This document shows positions 37,981 through 45,336 of a stretch of 45,336 nt of DNA, one piece after another. The position numbers were made by a program, and so were the translations under genes. This stretch comes from Octopus bimaculoides (taxonomy: Eukaryota). The DNA is taken from positions 45,510,922-45,556,257 of the forward strand of contig NC_068997.1 in NCBI RefSeq assembly GCF_001194135.2, in the 5' to 3' direction. The notes below the pieces were generated by a model. The model saw only the letters and a program-made list of their open reading frames with translations, did not search any database and was not told where the DNA came from. Each line of letters begins with the position of its first letter. Position 1 is the first letter of the stretch.

Positions 37981-38026
37981 GACACCTGACGAAGGCTGGA
38001 GGGTATATCAGCCGAAACGTTGTGTT
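37981..38026 (+). ncRNA. Minimal type I hammerhead ribozyme (Penelope-type)
   Basis: Stem I GACAC (37981-85)/GTGTT (38022-26); CTGACGA (37986-92) plus an extra A; stem II GGCTG (37994-98)/CAGCC (38009-13); GAAA (38014-17); palindromic ACGT stem III; cleavage triplet GUU (U38021). Confidence 0.78.
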
Positions 38027-38154
38027 AACAACAAACAAGATGAGGACGAATATCCGTCAAATGTAGATAATGTAAATAATACAAATGATATATGAGTATA
38101 TGCGTATATACGTACGTGTATGTACATACCTACATCTACATGTATATATAGATG

Positions 38155-38451
38155 CATATCTGGGTACAGGACGTAGCAAAAAAACGTGGACAAAATGATA
38201 AACGGAGTACAGAAAACACACAGGCCACATAGAGAAGATTTCCTTCATCAGCTGCCACCATTCTAAAGAGTTAGGGCAGGACGCATTGTTAGAATGGCTC
38301 TTCCCACGGACCACAAATCAAATTTAAATTAAATTTGTAACGTGAAGGAATGTAGTGGCGGACAGAAAACAAGACAGGAAAAACGAAACAGTGAAAATAA
38401 ACAAGAAAGGCCAAACGGCCAGACGTGAAAAAAACATGTGTATACTGAACG

Positions 38452-38455
<4 letters not shown>
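38155..38455 (-). mobile_element. 'gggtacagga' repeat, probable Penelope-like terminal region
   Basis: Same opening as 23650; minus strand carries CTGATGAAGG. The Penelope assignment is inference. Confidence 0.5.
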
Positions 38456-38486
<31 letters not shown>

Positions 38487-38487
<1 letters not shown>

Positions 38488-38648
38488 GACGAGCTTCTTT
38501 CAGTTTCCGTCTACCAAATCCACTAACAAGACTTTGGTCGACCCGAGGCTATAGTAGAAGACACTTGCCCAAGGTGCCACGCAATGGGACAGAACCCGGA
38601 ACCATGTGGTTGGCAAGCAACCTTCTTACCACATACTCACTCCTGCAT
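38487..38648 (-). mobile_element. SINE family B 5' half
   Basis: gcttctttcagtttccgtctaccaaatccac...gacacttgcccaaggtgccacgc...cccggaaccatgtggttgg...cttaccac. Confidence 0.93.
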
Positions 38649-38679
38649 AGGAGTGGCTGTGTGGTAAGTAGCTGAGTAT

Positions 38680-38738
38680 ATTCCACTGATGAAGGAAGAG
38701 CATTTCTTATGCAGAGCCAGAAATCCGGGATCTGGAAT
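38680..38738 (+). ncRNA. Type I hammerhead ribozyme-like motif
   Basis: Stem I ATTCCA (38680-85)/TGGAAT (38733-38); CTGATGA (38686-92); stem II A-GG-aaga-GCAT-ttctt-ATGC-agag-CC-A; GAAA (38720-23); stem III ATC-cgg-GAT; cleavage triplet AUC (C38732). Confidence 0.68.
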
Positions 38739-38762
38739 TATCCAGTAATTTTTTGCTAGTAT

Positions 38763-38819
<57 letters not shown>

Positions 38820-38886
38820 CAGATAGATATAATGTATGCATATAAATATATATATATGTATGTATAATGTATGCACATATATATAT

Positions 38887-38921
<35 letters not shown>

Positions 38922-39284
38922 GATAGATATATATGTGTGTGTGTTTGTGTGTGTGTGTGTGTCTGTGTGCGTATATACACATATCTACACATATTACCTT
39001 AACGAGACTTGCCATTCCTTGCGAAAGGTTGACATTTTCGTTTTCACGCCTTCCCACCACAATTTCTTTATTTGAGTGTGTGTTTGCGTGCGTGCGTGTG
39101 TGTGTCTGTGTGTATGTTCATGTATATGTGTGCATGTGTGTATTCGGAAGTAATTTTTTTCCATGTGTTTTTTGTTCTTGTTTTATGTTCTGTTCGTGAG
39201 AGTCTGATTATGTTTAAACAGCAAAGCTTAAACATATAATAGATGAAGGAACGATGATAGTAATGATAGTGGCTGGTGTTGTTG

Positions 39285-39316
<32 letters not shown>

Positions 39317-40121
39317 GGTGGTGGTGGTGGTAGTGTCGGAGTTGGTGGTGATGGTGATGGTAGCAGTAGCCTTTGTAGTGATGTAGGTGCTGGAATAATT
39401 ATATATATGGATATATGTACGCACACACATAAATGTGTATATATATATATACATNNNNNNNNNNNNNNNNNNNNNNNNNNNNNNNNNNNNNNNNNNNNNN
39501 NNNNNNNNNNNNNNNNNNNNNNNNNNNNNNNNNNNNNNNNNNNNNNNNNNNNNNNNNNNNNNNNNNNNNNNNNNNNNNNNNNNNNNNNNNNNNNNNNNNN
39601 NNNNNNNNNNNNNNNNNNNNNNNNNNNNNNNNNNNNNNNNNNNNNNNNNNNNNNNNNNNNNNNNNNNNNNNNNNNNNNNNNNNNNNNNNNNNNNNNNNNN
39701 NNNNNNNNNNNNNNNNNNNNNNNNNNNNNNNNNNNNNNNNNNNNNNNNNNNNNNNNNNNNNNNNNNNNNNNNNNNNNNNNNNNNNNNNNNNNNNNNNNNN
39801 NNNNNNNNNNNNNNNNNNNNNNNNNNNNNNNNNNNNNNNNNNNNNNNNNNNNNNNNNNNNNNNNNNNNNNNNNNNNNNNNNNNNNNNNNNNNNNNNNNNN
39901 NNNNNNNNNNNNNNNNNNNNNNNNNNNNNNNNNNNNNNNNNNNNNNNNNNNNNNNNNNNNNNNNNNNNNNNNNNNNNNNNTATATATATATATATATATG
40001 CATATATATACACACACACACACATATATATATATGTATACATACACAAACACATATATATATGCATGTATGGATAGATCCATACGTATACATACATGTG
40101 TATATATGTAAATATTTTTGC

Positions 40122-40155
<34 letters not shown>

Positions 40156-40393
40156 CATAAATGGACAAAATAGCAATTTGCCCTTAAGGCGCAAAAGAGA
40201 AACTGAATTAATACACAATCCTTCAAAAAAAGGAAAAAACAAAAAAAGAAAAAATACTACAAACAAACATGATCTCTTCTCTCCTGTTAAATATGTATAA
40301 GCATGTATATATGTATGTGCATATGTGTACACACAGACACACACACACACAATCATATAAATATATAAAAATATATCTGTTTATGTGTATGTA

Positions 40394-40429
<36 letters not shown>

Positions 40430-41226
40430 TGTATGTATGTATGTATGTATATGTATATGTGTGTGTATTCATATATATATATATATTATACACGCGCATA
40501 CACAGATAAACACATAGACACGCAAAATATACGTACATATATACGTACGCCTATATATTCATTGGCAGAATGATCTATGTATATAATTCACAATGGACCT
40601 AGATATCGGCATACGAGCATGCACACATACAGGTAGACACACAGACTATCAAATACATACACACACACATACACATACATACATACGCACACACATACAT
40701 ACATACATGCATACATACATACATACACGCGCACATGCATACGCGCACGCGCGATCACAGAACAAGCGTTCTTTAACAATCGTTGTTCCATTGTTGACCT
40801 TATAGCAAATTAGTCTTAATTCGTAGACTTTTCTTACCACCTTGAGTCTTTCACCCCACTATACCTTCACCTCTTCCTCCTCCTCTGTCACTTTTTCCTC
40901 CTCCCCCATCACCNNNNNNNNNNNNNNNNNNNNNNNNNNNNNNNNNNNNNNNNNNNNNNNNNNNNNNNNNNNNNNNNNNNNNNNNNNNNNNNNNNNNNNN
41001 NNNNNNNNNNNNNNNNNNNNNNNNNNNNNNNNNNNNNNNNNNNNNNNNNNNNNNNNNNNNNNNNNNNNNNNNNNNNNNNNNNNNNNNNNNNNNNNNNNNN
41101 NNNNNNNNNNNNNNNNNNNNNNNNNNNNNNNNNNNNNNNNNNNNNNNNNNNNNNNNNNNNNNNNNNNNNNNNNNNNNNNNNNNNNNNNNNNNNNNNNNNN
41201 NNNNNNNNNNNNNNNNNNNNNNNNNN

Positions 41227-41268
<42 letters not shown>

Positions 41269-41284
41269 GTGTATAAATAATACA

Positions 41285-41780
41285 GAATGGGACAAGGACG
41301 CAAAACATCCAGACAGTTAGGTAATACAGGAAAGGGACAACAAAACCATACAGATAAACGATACAAAGAAAACAAGGACAGGTCATTCGGAGTTTTCTCT
41401 CTTCAGTCGAGATCCAGATTATCTTTGCAATTTCGGCTGGTTATTCTCGATATTGCTCCAACCTGGCCAGCCCCAAGGANNNNNNNNNNTATCTTTGCAA
41501 TTTCGGCTGGTTATTCTCGATATTGCTCCAACCTGGCCAGCCCCAAGGAAAACTAAGCTAAGAGCATTAAATTCCTTGGAAGAAAGCAGCGAATGTATAC
41601 AAAAACAAGGGCGGAAAAAAAACGAACAGTGTTACACAAATACAATAAAATTAATAAAACAGGACATGACAACAGATGTCTTTCGACTAAGGACAAATTA
41701 AATTCAGTTGGCGTGTGTAGAAATAAGGCCTTACAGCAGGAATACAAGATTTCATAGGCACAGAGAGGACTAACGATGTT
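41285..41780 (-). mobile_element. Interspersed repeat (probable Penelope-like terminal region); inverted partner of 29480-29820
   Basis: See 29480-29820. Contains a 60-bp false duplication across a 10-N gap. Confidence 0.8.
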
Positions 41781-42805
41781 GCAAGCACAACGGCCGGCCA
41801 AGAAAGAAAGATCACGCTTGGCCGAACACCGGTCACGTGGGTAGGAGATATAATTGCCAAGCAAGAGGTTTTATCTCCCACCGTGTATTGAACCGAAAGC
41901 ATTTACATCATCGAAGGTACATATCAAGTATATAAAACACATATTGGCTGTAAATTTCACTTAAACATTTATTTACCCACACGCGCGCACACACGCACGC
42001 ACACACACACACACACATACATACTCGCACGCACACAAAACGGACTCGAGCCAAGGTAATTCACTGAAATAAGTTAATCACAGGCATTAAGATAAATCCA
42101 GTTGGACTGATATACTGAATGACAAACTGAAAAAATAATTTATTAATTGATAATTATGCATTAAATGGAGATAGAGAGAACAAAATGACCAGCGACTGTT
42201 AATGACTGACAAATAACAAGAAAANNNNNNNNNNNNNNNNNNNNNNNNNNNNNNNNNNNNNNNNNNNNNNNNNNNNNNNNNNNNNNNNNNNNNNNNNNNN
42301 NNNNNNNNNNNNNNNNNNNNNNNNNNNNNNNNNNNNNNNNNNNNNNNNNNNNNNNNNNNNNNNNNNNNNNNNNNNNNNNNNNNNNNNNNNNNNNNNNNNN
42401 NNNNNNNNNNNNNNNNNNNNNNNNNNNNNNNNNNNNNNNNNNNNNNNNNNNNNNNNNNNNNNNNNNNNNNNNNNNNNNNNNNNNNNNNNNNNNNNNNNNN
42501 NNNNNNNNNNNNNNNNNNNNNNNNNNNNNNNNNNNNNNNNNNNNNNNNNNNNNNNNNNNNNNNNNNNNNNNNNNNNNNNNNNNNNNNNNNNNNNNNNNNN
42601 NNNNNNNNNNNNNNNNNNNNNNNNNNNNNNNNNNNNNNNNNNNNNNNNNNNNNNNNNNNNNNNNNNNNNNNNNNNNNNNNNNNNNNNNNNNNNNNNNNNN
42701 NNNNNNNNNNNNNNNNNNNNNNNNNNNNNNNNNNNNNNNNNNNNNNNNNNNNNNNNNNNNNNNNNNNNNNNNNNNNNNNNNGGTGATATATATATATATA
42801 TATAT

Positions 42806-42843
<38 letters not shown>

Positions 42844-43597
42844 TTTCATGTGCATAGGACACTTGCTAGAAACGCTAGTCAAATCTCTTTCAAATTCCAC
42901 CTCACTTTTTTCTTTGTTTTCTTTTTTAAGCTGACCGTGAAAAGTGGTGTCAGTTCCCAGTGGTGGGGCAAAGAAACTTTTGGTGTCTCCCCCTTAATTA
43001 TCTACTTTGGGAAATTCTGTGCCCTTTCACACCTGCGTCTGAGAGCAACAATCTGCTCCTCCTCCTATCCTTCTCATCTTATTCTCCTCCTCCGCCTCTT
43101 CTTCTTGTTCCTCCTACCTCTCCTTCTTCCCCTCCTCCTCCTCTTCCTCCTCTACCTCCTTGGTATACTTCTAATGGACACACTGGCTAATGTAGTCCTA
43201 GATATACATATAAATAAAAAATAAAAAAGAATATAAATGATGGGATAGTCATACTTGGAACGCTTTAGATCATAGACGCACTTGATTACAACAGTAACTG
43301 TTTAACTATTTTTCTCTCTCTCTCACTTTCCTCCCTATCTCCCCCTCCTTCTCTCTTAATTATCTTCAGAACACTTATTTCTCCTTTTCTCTCTCTTTCC
43401 CCCACCCCTTCTACTTTCTCTCTCCCCACCTCTCTCTCTCTCCCCATATATTATTAGAGACCCTTCACCAATACGGTTATGCTGTAGCTCACTGTTTCCC
43501 ACAGGAAAGGGAACAGACCATGATTAGGGGGTTTGTGGTGGCGGTGGCAGTGAGGGGTGAAAATGGCGGACAAATTGCTGGAATTAATTTACGTTAT

Positions 43598-43790
43598 ATC
43601 TTTTACTTGTTTTGATCATTGCATTGCGGCCATGCTGGAGTACTCTCTTGAAGGGTTTAGTCAATCACAACGACCCCGCTACTATCTTTTTTTTTTTTAA
43701 TTTTAAAGTCTGGTACTTTACATTGTATCAGCCTTTTTTGCCGAACCGCAAAAGTTACGGAGACGTAAACAAACCAACACAGGTCAAGTA
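43598..43790 (-). mobile_element. SINE family B 3' module
   Basis: tcttttacttgttt..cattgcggccatgctggag..gtctggtacttt..gccgaaccgcaaaagttacggagacgtaaac. Confidence 0.88.
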
Positions 43791-44259
43791 TATGTATATA
43801 TATGAAAATTTTTCATCAGTAGTTGGTATGACCACATTTACCACGTTTTTATCCTTTCTCGCCGACGTTTCTAACTTCCTATGCGTTTCAACACACATCT
43901 GTCTTGTCCCATCTAAGAGTCAACAACATCTTTAATTCAGAGACCGTTTAAACATTTTCCTCTAATTTAATCATAAAAATTGCCCGTAAATTTTCAAGCG
44001 GTTTCAAATCCGGGTATTTCAAAGGGCTGCTGCAGCAATATATTTATGTTTGTTTAAGATCAAAATAATTCTGAGTGTACGAGGAAGTGTGCTTCGGGTC
44101 CTTATCTTAGTGGAATGTAAATATTCTAAAATTAAACCTCGTACAAGACTGAGATAAATAGCTGGCTGATATATCAATAGAGTGCATTACATTCATTGTG
44201 CCAACGATGAATGTGAACTTGGTAGAGCGCCCATGGAAGGTTATCAATAGAAAGGTGTG

Positions 44260-44375
44260 CATAGGTGCCTGTATAGTTGTGTGTTTAAGAAGCTCGATTT
44301 CAAACCATGTGGGTTTGTTTTGGGGTTCGGTCCCACTGTCAGCTATCTTGGGCAAGTGTCTGCTACTATAGCCCT
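44260..44375 (+). mobile_element. Decayed SINE family B head
   Basis: ggggttcggtcccactg..cttgggcaagtgtctgctactatagcc. Confidence 0.8.
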
Positions 44376-44637
44376 TTCTTTCGTAGAGGGAAACTGTGTG
44401 AAAAACGTTCGTGCGAGTGGTGTATATGTTTGTTTGTTTGTGTGTGTGTGTGATGGGCCATGAACGTGGGGGCGATCAGGTATGTGTCTCTAAGAGGCGC
44501 AGGATCCGGAAGAACCAAATCGTGAGTTTCTTGATGCGATTATAGTATGTGTACGTGTATAGTTAGATACATGCATATATTCATACATCCATAAATATAT
44601 AGATATGCATATTTATCTATATCTATATCTATAGCTA

Positions 44638-44700
<63 letters not shown>

Positions 44701-45085
44701 NNNNNNNNNNNNNNNNNNNNNNNNNNNNNNNNNNNNNNNNNNNNNNNNNNNNNNNNNNNNNNNNNNNNNNNNNNNNNNNNNNNNNNNNNNNNNNNNNNNN
44801 NNNNNNNNNNNNNNNNNNNNNNNNNNNNNNNNNNNNNNNNNNNNNNNNNNNNNNNNNNNNNNNNNNNNNNNNNNNNNNNNNNGTGTGTGTGTGTGTGTGC
44901 GTGTACAAATCTTGAAGAGGTGCGGGTTATTGTGGGGGTTACTTGTTAGAGGTGTTAGAGAAGAGGCGAGGGCCGCAAGGGTTTTCAGTCTGAAGTGTGT
45001 GGTGTGGTGTGGTGTGGTGTGGTGACATGCGGGTGTGGGGTGTGAAGATAAGTGTGTGTGTGAGAGGGGATTTGGAGAAGTAGGA

Positions 45086-45103
45086 CACGTGACTCCACGT
45101 GAC
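45086..45103. promoter_or_regulatory. Tandem CACGTGAC E-boxes 10 bp apart (candidate bHLH-ZIP sites)
   Basis: gaCACGTGACtcCACGTGACaag in non-repetitive, GC-richer sequence. Function is inferred only. Confidence 0.3.
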
Positions 45104-45197
45104 AAGATACTAGTAAGTCTTGTGGCGCGGCTGACTTCGAAGATCGTCAGGATGTTCCTTGTGAAGTGTCTACAAGAGCAGAAATTGGACAAGATAC

Positions 45198-45239
45198 AAT
45201 AGTAGTCGCAGCAGCAGCAGCAGCAGTGGCAGCAGCAGC

Positions 45240-45287
<48 letters not shown>

Positions 45288-45336
45288 AGTAGTAGTAGTA
45301 GTAGTGGTGGTGGTGGTGGTGGTGGTGGTGGTGGTG
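45198..45336. repeat. Compound trinucleotide microsatellite (GCA)n(GTA)n(GTG)n
   Basis: Directly visible. Confidence 0.97.

Noticed and set aside
43020-43160. Pro/Leu-rich ORFs
   Set aside because: (CCT)n-type low-complexity tract.

Overview
AT-rich eukaryotic draft-assembly window with many N gaps, dominated by microsatellites and interspersed repeats. The repeat families look like those of Octopus (inference from recalled SINE consensus motifs, not from a search). No complete host gene can be supported and almost all ORF-track entries are microsatellite or N-gap artefacts. Supported content: about 25 copies or fragments of two tRNA-derived SINE families; a decayed Penelope-like RT (19.3-20.2 kb); a decayed R4/Dong-type restriction-like-endonuclease retrotransposon 3' end (8.2-8.9 kb); an (AAT)n-flanked non-coding repeat; a TTAA-flanked piggyBac-type MITE; and a fold-back mariner derivative made of two 5' ends. 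Most notable: (1) four type I hammerhead-ribozyme-like motifs of mutually different sequence (823, 34457, 37981, 38680), probably Penelope pLTR or retrozyme-like remnants; (2) a switch from CpG-depleted to CpG-retaining sequence near 20.2 kb, visible within copies of the same SINE, suggesting a germline methylation domain edge. One candidate 95-nt coding exon lies on the minus strand (1088-1182). Repeat boundaries were read by eye and are approximate.
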